Part shown: positions 1-10,627 of the stretch, in pieces
How the letters are laid out: every line of letters begins with the position of its first letter
How positions within the stretch are numbered: the first letter of the stretch is position 1
Source of the DNA: Vairimorpha necatrix
Lineage: Eukaryota
Assembly (NCBI GenBank): GCA_036630325.1
Contig: CP142730.1
Coordinates: forward strand, 1,054,001 to 1,118,000
Length of the DNA: 64,000 nucleotides
Reading direction: 5' to 3'
Notes under the pieces: generated by a model
The model's database searches: none
What the model was told of the DNA's origin: nothing
Seen by the model: the letters and a program-made list of their open reading frames with translations, nothing else
Translations under genes and position numbers: made by a program

Positions 1-637
1 AGTAAAAAGAGTAATACCGATAAAAAAATCGTGTATAAAATGATATAAATTGCTTTGCAAACATTTTTGCATTCAGAAGAAACAATTCATATAAACCCGT
101 ACTAATCTTATTAAATAAAAGTTTTAACTTAAAATCTTGGTTTAAAAATTTAATTAAAGTCGTTTTATTTTAGGTAAAGAATTTTAACTATCGAAAGTGG
201 TCAATATTTCTTTTCCTCTACTTTCTCCTCCTTTTTTTGCTCTTCATTTTTGGGGTTCAAAAAAAATCGTAGCGCCTCAAATGCGTGGGCTGATAGTTAT
301 CTTTAGCCATTTGCTTGCATACTTTTTAGCAAATATTTATTGTGGTATTTCTCAGTGGGACATTCTCCGTACAAAGAAAACTCTCTACTATATTCGTTAT
401 AGTTTTATAATTTTGTTTAATAAGATTTTTATTGTAATTAATACAGTCCATTTCATTTTTATAGACACCTTGTTTCATAATTATAGACACCTTGTTCCAT
501 TTTTATAGACACCTTGTTTCATTTTTATAGAACCCTCATTTTATTATTATTATAGACACCTTGTTTCATTTTTATAGAACCCTCATTTCATTATTATAGA
601 CACCTTGTTTCATTTTTATAGACACCTTGTTATAAAA

Positions 638-675
638 TGTAGGGTTTAGAACCCTTAATAAATAAATGGTTAACA
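638..675 (+). repeat. 5' LTR, 38 bp: TGTAGGGTTTAGAACCCTTAATAAATAAATGGTTAACA
   Basis: Direct repeat of 3674-3711; reverse complement occurs at 45184-45221 and 48221-48258. Confidence 0.95.
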
Positions 676-3488
676 TGGCGAACACAAGGATGAACAGGGA
701 AACAAGAGAGTCCCGTAGTCAAGAGGCTAGAACATTAGAGAAAGAGGCAATTAGGATAGATAAGAGACTAAAGTTAATATTGAAAGTTGAGAAAGTTGAG
801 TGGAAAGATGTTATGGATTTGGCATCTGCGAACTTGCAGGATTATATTTTTGAAAATTTTTGTGACGGAAGGAGCAGTTGGGAGGAAATTTATAAAGGCT
901 TACAAAAAGGAGCAGAATTTGAGAGAGAGTCAGAAGAAAGACAAGAAATGATTAAAGAGATTATGGATAAAGTGTTGAAAGAGTTTAGGGAAGAAAGAAA
1001 AGAAAATCTTAGGATGTATAGGAAAAGAAGAGAAATCAGAGAAACTACAAAATGTTTTATATGTAAGAAAGAAGGGCATTACGCTAGAGAATGTCATGAA
1101 AGTGTAGCTGGTAGGGAAAAATATAAAATTAAAAAGGAACAAGTTTTACAGAAAGAACCAATTATCAACAATGAAGGGAAAAGATGTAAAACAGTAAATA
1201 AGTTAGAAAATTTAATTAAAAAGTATCCGGAAGTTTTTAAAGAATCAGAAGAAAAGATAAAATATCTCACAGGAGAGAAGTGTCCAATAAATACTAAGCA
1301 AGGTGAAAAGGTTGTGAAAAGAGGGCAGAATGTGCCATACTACCTTAGGGTGAAATTTGAGGAGTACTTGAATAAGTTGAAAAATAGAGGGGTTATAAGA
1401 CGTTCCAAAAGTGAGTGGAGGAGTCCAATAAGAGCACTTGAAAAACCAAATGGGGACGTAAGATTGGTAAGCAATTTGATGGCGTTAAACGATTTGGTTG
1501 ACAAGGACCAGTACTCACTACCGTTAATTAAGGATATTATGAGAGCCACACAGGGGTCAAAAGTATTTACGGTTATCGACTTAAAAGAAGGGTTTTATCA
1601 TATTGAGATTGAGGAGCACCATAAGCACAAAACAGCATTTGAAGTGAATGGTCGAGTATACGAATGGAATAGTATGGTTATGGGGTTTAAGAATTCGCCT
1701 CATATAATGCAGAGAGTAATGAACAGAGTTTTAGATGAATTCAGAGGTAAAGGCGTGGAAGTATATATGGATGATATAGTTATTCATGGTAAAGACGTAA
1801 GAGTGCATGACGAGTTACTAGAGAGGGTAATTAAAAAGTTTAAAGAGTGTGGGTTGAGAATAAACCAAACAAAGATACAATACAAAAAAGATGAGGTGAT
1901 GTTGCTGGGAGTAACAATTAATGGGGAGGTCATGGGACCGAATGAGATTAAAAAGCAGGAGACATTGGAATATAGAAAACCTGAGAATGTTAGAGAGTTA
2001 AGAAGATTTTTAGGACTAACTGGTTGGTTTAGAGACTTTATTCCCAACTATGCGTATAGAACAGTAAGGCTTACTGAGGCTTTAAAGAAAGATGTTAAGT
2101 GGAATTGGACGGAGGATATGGAAAGAGCTTTTGAGGATATGAAGCAAGGCTTGAGAGATATGAAAAAGTTGAAGATTCCGGACGGAAAAAAGCTATTTAG
2201 AGTAAGAACTGATGCGTGTGATACGGGGATCGGAGCAATTCTATTACAAGAAAATAAAGAGGGTGAGTGGATTCCGATACAATGGGCATCGAAAATGTTG
2301 ACTCCTACCGAGCGAAGATATACGATAAGTGAGAAGGAGATGTTGGCGGTGTTTTTTGGAATAAAGAAGTTTGAAAGTGATTTGAGAGGAAGGAAATTTC
2401 ATTTGATGACGGATCATAAAGCATTAGCAGAGATCAGAAATAAGCCATACTTCAATAATAACAGAATAAACAGATGGGTAGAACAGATACAAGAGTTTGA
2501 CTTTACAATAGAGTATGTGAAAGGGGAGTTGATGACAGATGCAGATGCGTTAAGTAGGCAGTATGATCAGGTAGAAGTTTCGGATGAACAAAAAGAAAAG
2601 GACAACAAGAGAAAAGAAGTGATCGAAAAACAAATTTTGGGAAAAAAGCAGAAACATATTAAAGAAAAGGACGGTAAACAGTATTGGGAATTTTCCACAG
2701 GTGAGGTGAAAGAGATATTGAGCCTAGATAGTAGAGAACATGAAATAACAAGAGTACATGAGGAGTTAAACCATAGAGGTGTCAAAGGCACTTATTATAA
2801 CATTAAACAAAGATGGTATTGGCCTGGTATGAAAGATCATATTAATAAGGTAATTAAGAATTGTGAAATATGTGGGATTAACAATAGGAAAAACACAGGA
2901 GGATGTGATTTCGTAGTAACTAGAAAGAAATTGGAGAAAGTGGCGTTGGATTTAATGGACATAGGTGGAGAGAATAGGTATGTGTTACTGGGTATTGATT
3001 ACTTTACTAGAAGGTTGTGGGGTTCGAATTTGAGATGTAAAGAGAGTAGTGAAGTTATAGAGGTATTACAAAAGTGGATAAGGGAAGATGGATTTCCAGA
3101 GGAATATGTGACAGACAACGGAAAAGAGTTTGTAAGTAATAGATTTAAAGAATGGTGTAGTATTAATGATATTAAACATAGGAAAGTGGGCTTAGAAGCT
3201 CATAGGAGTAATGGTAGAATCGAGAGATGCATCAGAACTATAAGAGAGACATTGATAAAGCAAAATGATGGGAATATTTCTGAAAAGATAGAAAGAGCAA
3301 TCAAAGGATATAATAATACACTACATACAGCAATAAAATGTACGCCGATGGAAGCGTGGAGAGATCAAACTGCTGAAGTTATAATTGAAAATGATGAAAA
3401 TGGAAAATATGCTGGTCGGTTCAAGAGAAGACACAGAGAGACATTTACAGTAGGCCAAGAGGTAAGAATCGCTAGGAGAGAAAATTAA
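666..3488 (+). CDS. Gag(short)-CCHC-RT-RNaseH-integrase polyprotein, C-terminally truncated by a nonsense codon
   Basis: CFICKKEGHYAREC knuckle; RT motifs IDLKEGFYHI, MVMGFKNSP and YMDD; RNase H RTDACDTGIGA and EKEMLAV; integrase HHCC and D,D35E. A TTA>TAA change at 3486-3488 and a 1-bp deletion near 3590 relative to copy 2. Confidence 0.93.
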   Translation: MVNMANTRMNRETRESRSQEARTLEKEAIRIDKRLKLILKVEKVEWKDVMDLASANLQDYIFENFCDGRSSWEEIYKGLQKGAEFERESEERQEMIKEIMDKVLKEFREERKENLRMYRKRREIRETTKCFICKKEGHYARECHESVAGREKYKIKKEQVLQKEPIINNEGKRCKTVNKLENLIKKYPEVFKESEEKIKYLTGEKCPINTKQGEKVVKRGQNVPYYLRVKFEEYLNKLKNRGVIRRSKSEWRSPIRALEKPNGDVRLVSNLMALNDLVDKDQYSLPLIKDIMRATQGSKVFTVIDLKEGFYHIEIEEHHKHKTAFEVNGRVYEWNSMVMGFKNSPHIMQRVMNRVLDEFRGKGVEVYMDDIVIHGKDVRVHDELLERVIKKFKECGLRINQTKIQYKKDEVMLLGVTINGEVMGPNEIKKQETLEYRKPENVRELRRFLGLTGWFRDFIPNYAYRTVRLTEALKKDVKWNWTEDMERAFEDMKQGLRDMKKLKIPDGKKLFRVRTDACDTGIGAILLQENKEGEWIPIQWASKMLTPTERRYTISEKEMLAVFFGIKKFESDLRGRKFHLMTDHKALAEIRNKPYFNNNRINRWVEQIQEFDFTIEYVKGELMTDADALSRQYDQVEVSDEQKEKDNKRKEVIEKQILGKKQKHIKEKDGKQYWEFSTGEVKEILSLDSREHEITRVHEELNHRGVKGTYYNIKQRWYWPGMKDHINKVIKNCEICGINNRKNTGGCDFVVTRKKLEKVALDLMDIGGENRYVLLGIDYFTRRLWGSNLRCKESSEVIEVLQKWIREDGFPEEYVTDNGKEFVSNRFKEWCSINDIKHRKVGLEAHRSNGRIERCIRTIRETLIKQNDGNISEKIERAIKGYNNTLHTAIKCTPMEAWRDQTAEVIIENDENGKYAGRFKRRHRETFTVGQEVRIARREN

Positions 3489-3673
3489 GGTACACGTGCG
3501 AAAACAGACAAGGGAAGATTCACGGGTCGCGGAAGGATCGTAGCTATAAGTGAAAATGATTCATATATTGTGAGACTACTGGATGGTAAATTGTTAAAAA
3601 GAGGCATTATGATTTGAAAGAGATAAGGAAGAGTTGTTTAGAAGATGGAGAGACTACCCGTCTGGAGTGGGGA

Positions 3674-3711
3674 TGCAGGGTTTAGAACCCTTAATAAATA
3701 AATGGTTAACA
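3674..3711 (+). repeat. 3' LTR, 38 bp
   Basis: TGCAGGGTTTAGAACCCTTAATAAATAAATGGTTAACA, one substitution relative to the 5' LTR. Confidence 0.95.
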
Positions 3712-3856
3712 TAAAATTTATTTTTATTTTTTTCATAATTTATTTATATAGTTGAATCGTAAAGAAGAGATAACGATATAGATATAAACATCAATATTTA
3801 CATGGCAAACTATGAAAACATCTTAGAAGTTTTTAATTAAAATTTTTAATATTAAT

Positions 3857-4947
3857 TCAGAAAAAAATTCTCATTGACAAGAGCTTTCTCGATAAATTCT
3901 CTCATATGAGAAAAGTAACCATTTATGACGAATACTTCTGTGTTAAACACGTCCTCAATACAATCAATTAACAAAGGAGTGGTTGTTACATAGAGCTCTC
4001 TGTTTTACTCGGGACTTGAAACTGTTTAAAAACTCCTCGATGGGGTTTAGTTGTGGAGAATAAGGAGGGAGAAGTTTTAGACTGTATCCTTTGTTTCTAA
4101 ATGCAGCAGCTACTTCGGATTTTCTGTGTATAGGTGTGTTATCCAATATTATAAATCTGTTTTCCTCTTGCTCACAAATAGGTAAATTATTGTTATTGAA
4201 TTGACAAAATCTGTAGATTTAAAATTCCGACTTTAGTTTTATGCGCATATAATCCAATAACGCTTATAGCACACATTTAAGAAACATTAGTCCCTTTCGA
4301 ATTCGGGATTGTTACACAACACTTAGTATTTCTTAAAGGATAACCAAAAGTATTGTTAAGGTGCAGATTTAAACCAGGTTTATCGAGAAATAATAAATTA
4401 TCATTTGATATGATATTTATTACTCTCGCATATTGACACCGTAACAGCCTGTTCTGAGGACTGTTTCTACTTAGTGGAATTAAAGTCGGGGTTTAGAACT
4501 ATACCCTATTTTTTTAACAAGTCTGTAAACAGTTGACTTAGAGTAATGTCCCGTGGAATTTAAATTTTGCAATTTATCGGATAAATTATATAGACCTAGA
4601 CAAGGATTACGGGCTATTTTTGTTGCAATAATATTTGAAACCATAGAAATATCTTTTAAAGATTCGCTCTTTTTTTGTCCTGCCGTTTTAAAAGTTAAAG
4701 GTTGGTAAATTCTCCGTAAGATTCTTTTTATATAGGCGTTTAAGGCTAGACTTACTGAGATTTAAAGCAACTTCCATATCAATAAATTTCATACCAGGCC
4801 GAGTAACGAAAGAATTTTCGTTACTCGACCTGGTAATCATCTTCCTGGTTTTTCTTGGGGTAGAAGGTTGCGTTTCATCTTCTATCTTAGCAAATGATCT
4901 TTATCACGATATTCCTTAAGTTCATCTCTGACATTTAGGTTTCTCAT
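3857..4947 (-). pseudogene. Tc1/IS630 DD34E transposase pseudogene
   Basis: Fragment DNTPIH...LLPPYSPQLNPIE. Colinear with 14458-15550, with multiple stops and frameshifts. Confidence 0.88.
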
Positions 4948-5539
4948 ATTTTAAGGGTTAAAAATTTTAAAGGAAAGTAAAATAAATTTTGTGCAAAGGT
5001 GTCTATAAAAATGAAACAAGGTGTCTATAATAATGAATGGGGGTTCTATAAAAAATAAAACAAGGTGTCTATAATAATGAAATGAGGGTTCTATAAAAAT
5101 GAAACAAGGTCTATAAAAATGGAACAAGGTGTCTATAATTATGAAATAAACAGTATATTTATTGTTATTATTGTTGTTGTTCATTCTTTCTAAAATACTT
5201 GCCCTTAAACATATTATTTTTATTTATACAAAAATAATTTCTAGAAAATTCGTTATGATGTCAATAATCTCATGTGGTTTATATCACATTTATATAAAAA
5301 AAATTGACAAAAGTTTCAAAGTATGTGTAACACATATTATCATCATCATTCTTTGTACGTCAAAAAATGTCAAACGTCTCAGTTGATTTTTTATCAATGT
5401 CAAAAATCATTGTTTTTGAAAAATTCGGCGATCGGCCTAAAATTACCACATAGCGCCTAATTTTTCAATACAACAGTTTTTTTTTCTCTAAATTTTTTTT
5501 TGTATAATTTATATGAAAAAATTCTAGTTAGCCCATAAA

Positions 5540-6589
5540 ATGTTTTTAATATTAGATTTAGTATATTGCGCTAATTTAAATCTAGATGCGCACTTAGAAT
5601 GTTCAATTTACAAAAATAGTAATGATACTTCTAATACATCTACTCAAGAAAAGTTTGATAATGAATCACATGCAGAAATTCTTAAACAAAATTCAAATAT
5701 CGATGGTTTAAATTATGAATCTGCTAATGATTTATGTGGTATCACTAATTTCATATTTGAAAATATTATTAATTTTAATATAAACAATGACTATCAAGAT
5801 TTAAATTCTTTAAAGGAAGAAATGGCTAGTACGTATTTAGGTAAAGACTATAACGATTCTTTGGAAATTGACGATATAAATATTATAACAATTGAGTCTC
5901 AAGATGAAGATACAAAATCTTCTCAAACAACGGATAAAGTAGGGGACATACCGCAAAACACCAAAAGTTTAGCCCCCGACAGCTCTTGTTATTTTTTTAC
6001 AGTAAAGGAAAGATTATCTCAGTGTGAGGAAAAAATCAAAACAATTCTTAATAAAGGAAACTTGGAAAAAATTATATTAGAGAAAAAAAATCAAAATGGG
6101 ATAAACGAAAAAATGATCGATAAAGAGATTATGAAATCCTATAATAAAAAATTAACAAAAACCAGATTGCATAATCGTAAACTAAACGTTAAAAATTTAC
6201 GAGCTTATGAAAAAGTATTAAGTGAACCATGGATACCTACAGATATAAAAAACATAATAACTGATTTTATAAGAATTTTCAACTTATTTATAGAAATTTT
6301 TTATATTAATGCAAGACTACCCAAACTGAAAGTAGGATCAGTTGAATCCAGAATCAATATCCAAAATTTCAACATCAAAATTTTTTCCCAATATAAAAAC
6401 ATACCAATTTTAGAAAGTTTTCACTTACTAGAAGATAAATTAGAAACATATGAATACAAATATGTTGAAATTAAATATGTTTTAGAACAGCTTATAACTA
6501 GAATTAAAACGAAATTAACAACCTTGATCCTACACTATAACGAAACTATAAACATTCTTAGAGGGTTGAATCAATTATACTACAATTAA
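5540..6589 (+). CDS. Unknown 349-aa protein, possibly secreted (paralog A)
   Basis: Long ORF with GCCC upstream of the ATG. Short hydrophobic N-terminus MFLILDLVYC, acidic N-half, basic and probably helical C-half. Paralog at 17387. Confidence 0.85.
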   Translation: MFLILDLVYCANLNLDAHLECSIYKNSNDTSNTSTQEKFDNESHAEILKQNSNIDGLNYESANDLCGITNFIFENIINFNINNDYQDLNSLKEEMASTYLGKDYNDSLEIDDINIITIESQDEDTKSSQTTDKVGDIPQNTKSLAPDSSCYFFTVKERLSQCEEKIKTILNKGNLEKIILEKKNQNGINEKMIDKEIMKSYNKKLTKTRLHNRKLNVKNLRAYEKVLSEPWIPTDIKNIITDFIRIFNLFIEIFYINARLPKLKVGSVESRINIQNFNIKIFSQYKNIPILESFHLLEDKLETYEYKYVEIKYVLEQLITRIKTKLTTLILHYNETINILRGLNQLYYN

Positions 6590-8914
6590 TAAACTTCTTA
6601 AATGCGTTTTCTATATTATGTTGTAGTTAAAAATGGCACTTTTTGTAGACTATTTTATTTATTTCTGCAATAAGTTTTACGAGATAATTCAATGAGTAAA
6701 AAATTTAACTTTCGATTTCATCGCATTGAGATAATGGAATGCCGTATAAACATGATAAATGAAATTAGATGTATTTAATTGTTCAGTGTAATACTTGATA
6801 AATCTATACATAGAAAAGTACTCTATTTGAAACTTAATAATTTGCATCTTTGATCTGCATGAAATCAATCGCGGATTATTTTGGATAAGTACAGAAAAAA
6901 GCACCAAATATTACAATATAACAGCTCATGATCACCCGACAACTAAAGAAACTTAATTTTAAATATGGCAATTGCCTCATAAACATGCTAGAACCAAGAA
7001 TACCCTTTAAAGTGCTTGGCTTCGCCAACTTATAACATAAAGATCTTGAAACTATATTTGTAATTTCTTCGATTTTTATGTAAAAAACAATAAAATTCAT
7101 GATTATTAATCGTTAAAAAAATTTTAGAACATAAACAGATCATAAATACACACTTAAAAGGCCGCTACAGTATTTACAAATAAATTTGCAAACGAACTAT
7201 TAAAAACTTTGTTGTATAATATCAATTCTTGTTTATATATATATATATACAAGAAAATGTTTTTTAATAGAAAAATATCTTAATTCTTCATACTAAAACT
7301 TTCCCGCGCATAGGTATTCAATCTTTTCCTCTTCTAAAAATAAAATTACTTATTTTTAATTATACAATTCAATCATATGTTTTTTATTAACTTGACATAT
7401 AATGTAGGAATGAAAGGATCGTTGGATATAATCCTTACAATATCGTCCAAAGCTAAAAAGTTTAGATGTCTATTATATTTATGTATAGTATCTTCTACCA
7501 ATACAATATTGCATAGTAATGTTTTTTATGTGTTTTGTTTGAAAAAAACTGTTTTTACTTGTTAATTATTTTCAAATATATATTTTTAGTAAGTCTAAAT
7601 TTTCTTAATTTAAAGCCTTTGGGTGCAAAGTTTATTGCCGTATTAATTTTTTTTATTTTGACAATTGAGCTCATTATCATCTGTCTTAACAATCTTATTT
7701 TTTCTTGTTTGTTTTCGCCTTCTCTAATCTTTCAAGTTTATCCTTTAAACAATGCTTTATAGAAGTTACATGGAAGGCAATTTGTTTTTCTTATTCTGTT
7801 TCTTATATAGTCACTAAATTTTTTTACTACATTAGAAATCAATATATTCAGATTGAATTCTTTGTAATATTTTCAAAAACTTAAAAAAATCGTACTTGAT
7901 TTTTTTTTCTAAAACGTGTTTGCTTTGGAGCGTAGAAAAAGTAATTTATTGCAGTAAACATACATGGGCTTACCTTTGGGCCTATATTTTCAAAGGGCGT
8001 CTTCCCCGCCTTTTTAGGCTTCAATATGTGTTTTTAGCGTAAACCTTGCCGAAGTGTATCCTTAAGCATAATACATTCTTTTTTATTCTCGTACTTTGAT
8101 TTATTTAATATTTAAAAGTCTTCATATGAACACTCACTGTCCATCAACTAATCTGTTATGAATCAATTTATTTTTTTAGATAAAAAGCTTTAAACGCAGT
8201 GTAATCAGTAGAAATCAAGTTTTTTATAAATAACCATTATTTAAAGCATTTAATCGACTATACAGCTAAAGTTTCTTCCTATGTGATAGTTTACTAATTT
8301 CGCATCTCTAGGTTGCCCGGATACAAATGATATCGATAGTTCTATTCAATTACAAATTTAGTCTAATATTGCATCTAGTCCCAATGATACGTGTAAACAG
8401 TAAAAAAAATTAGATTATAGAATGCTTACAATATGTATAGTATTAAACTCAATGTTTTTTTGTATTATTAATTGGAATTCTTCCCATATATATTGGCATT
8501 TTCCTTTATTAACAGTATTGGAGGACTGCAGATTTCTGCACAGTACAAAAAAACTTCTATGCTAGATGATAATTCCTAGTTTTTTTTAACATCCTTCGAG
8601 TTTTTAGGTCATTTGTAGTAACTAATTCCTTTTGTTCTATATTCTATTGGTTGACTTCTATAATGTAAATTTTTTTGCCATAAATACAAATTAATGCTTC
8701 TAATTGTTATTTTATTTTTTTTTAATAATTGAAATAGATATATTAAACGGTATCTAAAGCTTTTTGATGCTCTCTAATAGTTTTGTAGTGTACTAAAATA
8801 TCGATGACATATAAAAAGCGTGTCTATACACCTATAAATATTAACTTTATTTTTACTTTTAAACGTGTCCTAATATTTTAAACCCGTTTATTAAGTACAT
8901 ATAAATAAATTCCA

Positions 8915-10300
8915 TTAGGGTATACTTATTGTAATTTATATTTTAGTTAAACAAGGATAGGTTCCGCGTTAGGGTCTCCTGCTTGTAGGTGGCTTCTCGT
9001 TTCTATAGTCCTTTCCACATCGGCTTCGTCTCCTCTCCTTCGGTAGTCCAAAGAAATGCTTTCTAGCGTCTTCTATAGCGTGATCATCTGGATATACGCT
9101 TCTACCTTATTAGGATTCTCAAGTCTTGTGGTATAAAATTTGTGAAACTTAGTCACTATACCGTCCTAAGTGATTACGTAGGAAATTATTTCTGTTTAAA
9201 AATCATATATTAGGCCTAATTCGTTCGCGAGGATTCTATACTTTCTTAAATTATCGTTTTCTACTTGCTGTAACACTCTTGTGATGTGACACCTATTTCG
9301 ATTATTCTGATCAATTTGTTCTTTTTATCTACTACGACAATGTCTGGTTTATTATATTTGATCTTTATGTTTTTTTACTGTCGTGTCTATTCTTATTTAC
9401 ATATTTGTTGGCAACTATCTGTTGTACTGAGTGGTTTCTTAATTTCTTCTTATCTGCACTTTATATTTTTCACACAGTAATAGGTAGATACATTTAAAAT
9501 ATCAAAATGCAGTCTCGTATAATCGTGTCCTGGCATTTTTCGCACATTGTCGCTAGATGATCCACGGCCTTTGCTGATTTATTACAATAAAAGCAATTTC
9601 CAATCGATTTATTAAATATATTTCGGTCTTGTAGGGCACATAACTTAATTTCTGTCCTGGTATTCGTGCTACCTACCTCAAGCCACAGTGATGAATTGTT
9701 AATGTCGACTATTTCATATTCTAATGCCTTAAACAACTTTTTATGTTTGTTTTATTATTTATGTTGTTGTATAGGGTATTCTATTGAGCATCCGTCAGTG
9801 GTTTTTGTTCCACATCTATTAGCTTATATTTTTCCTGGACATATGCTTTAATTAGAAAAAAGTGAGTTTTCTTTTTTTTTCTGGCTTAATATAATAGCTC
9901 GTCTTCTGGGGCAGATATTGACCGATTGTTTGAGTCCGTTTTTACTTTAAGTAGCATGCTTTCACTTTTACACACTGCACTAGTAAGTCCTTCCCGACCG
10001 CATCGCAAAGAAAGTATAGCCTTTCTTTTTATGACGGCTGTGAATGACCTATCTGTACGTTCAATGGCATTATAATGAGTCTATCTCAGGTTCTATATCT
10101 AGTACACCAACGTAAAAATTTATAATTTAAATAGCAAATTCGAAAATTGACCTTAAGGTGTTTTTGGCGTTAAGTTTTGTACTACAAATCTAATAAGTAC
10201 ATAATATGTTTTTATTTTATATTTAAGGGCTGTATGTTCTCTGTATGATTGTTTAAGTTTGCCCCCAAAAGCTTCTTATAGATCTATTAGCCAAGTACTG
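8915..10300 (-). pseudogene. Degenerate non-LTR retrotransposon 3' part, restriction-like endonuclease type (R4/Dong-like)
   Basis: LCALQD, CFYC..DHLATMC knuckle, DYTRLH (RHD-like), KPDIVVVDKK..EIGVT..KY (PD-(D/E)xK RLE). Upstream RLY..GKDL resembles RLYxxRxxGGRGL. Upper boundary is approximate. Confidence 0.8.
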
Positions 10301-10627
10301 GTATATAAACATAATTGTATTAATTTATCCGTCAGTCTATAACTTTCTAAATCTACAAGATTATTGAGTTTAATTAAAAACTAGTAAATCTAAAGCTACT
10401 TTCAAACAGCAGGGCTCGCTTTTCTTCCCACGTCAATCAGACTCTATAATACATTTTTTAAGTAACAATCTTCGTAGTTACACTTCCTCTTTCCTTTTCC
10501 AACCTTGTGAAATTATATATAGTCTTTCGACAACATTTCTCTCACATTTAAGTGTTAAATATAAGATAAAATCTTTTATTCCTTTGTTTTTCAAGTACAA
10601 ATTATAAATTTCGATACCTGGATCTGA

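Larger units (their letters stand above)
638..3711 (+). mobile_element. Miniature Ty3/gypsy LTR retrotransposon copy 1 (38-bp LTRs, TSD TAAAA)
   Basis: LTRs at 638-675 and 3674-3711 (1 mismatch, TG..CA). TAAAA at 633-637 and 3712-3716. TGG follows the 5' LTR directly, and the purine-rich tract GGAGTGGGGA precedes the 3' LTR. Confidence 0.95.
444..5153 (-). mobile_element. Tc1/IS630-family DNA transposon copy 1, interrupted by the retrotransposon
   Basis: TA|CAGTCCATTTCATTTTTATAGACACCTTG left end and a degenerate right end ATGAAATAAACAG|TA. Subterminal ~22-bp repeat arrays at 444-637 and ~4995-5153. Homologous, inverted, to 14274-15842. Confidence 0.88.
341..5288. mobile_element. Probable solo LTR (~236 bp net: 341-443 plus 5156-5288) split by a Tc1 insertion
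   Basis: Begins TGTGGTAT and ends ATATCACA (7/8 inverted, TG..CA). Flanked by a 5-bp direct repeat TTTAT (336-340, 5289-5293). The paralogous site at 17137-17141 has a single TTTAT with both flanks joined. Confidence 0.7.

Noticed and set aside
197-508. 103-aa ORF, and also 4951-5184 and 5162-5386
   Set aside because: They run across transposon ends or low-complexity repeats and lack a CCC+ATG context.
444-637. Repeat array as a CRISPR
   Set aside because: Units are contiguous with no unique spacers, there are no cas genes, the context is eukaryotic, and the array is a transposon end.
638-651. TAGGGTTTAG in the LTR as a telomere-like repeat
   Set aside because: Barely more than one unit; better explained as hairpin arm plus stop codon.
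527-660. TAGAACCCT shared by the Tc1 repeats and the gypsy LTR, suggesting homology-guided targeting
   Set aside because: Only 9 bp; copy 2 inserted at a site without it, and both copies have ordinary integrase-type TSDs.
930-2791. Antisense ORFs within the retrotransposon, and within MOT1, MCM5 and family genes
   Set aside because: Shadow frames of A-rich coding strands; conservation between copies only reflects near-identical DNA.
6689-7762. Short ORFs downstream of paralog A
   Set aside because: Several are broken or altered by indels in copy B, and none has a recognisable motif.
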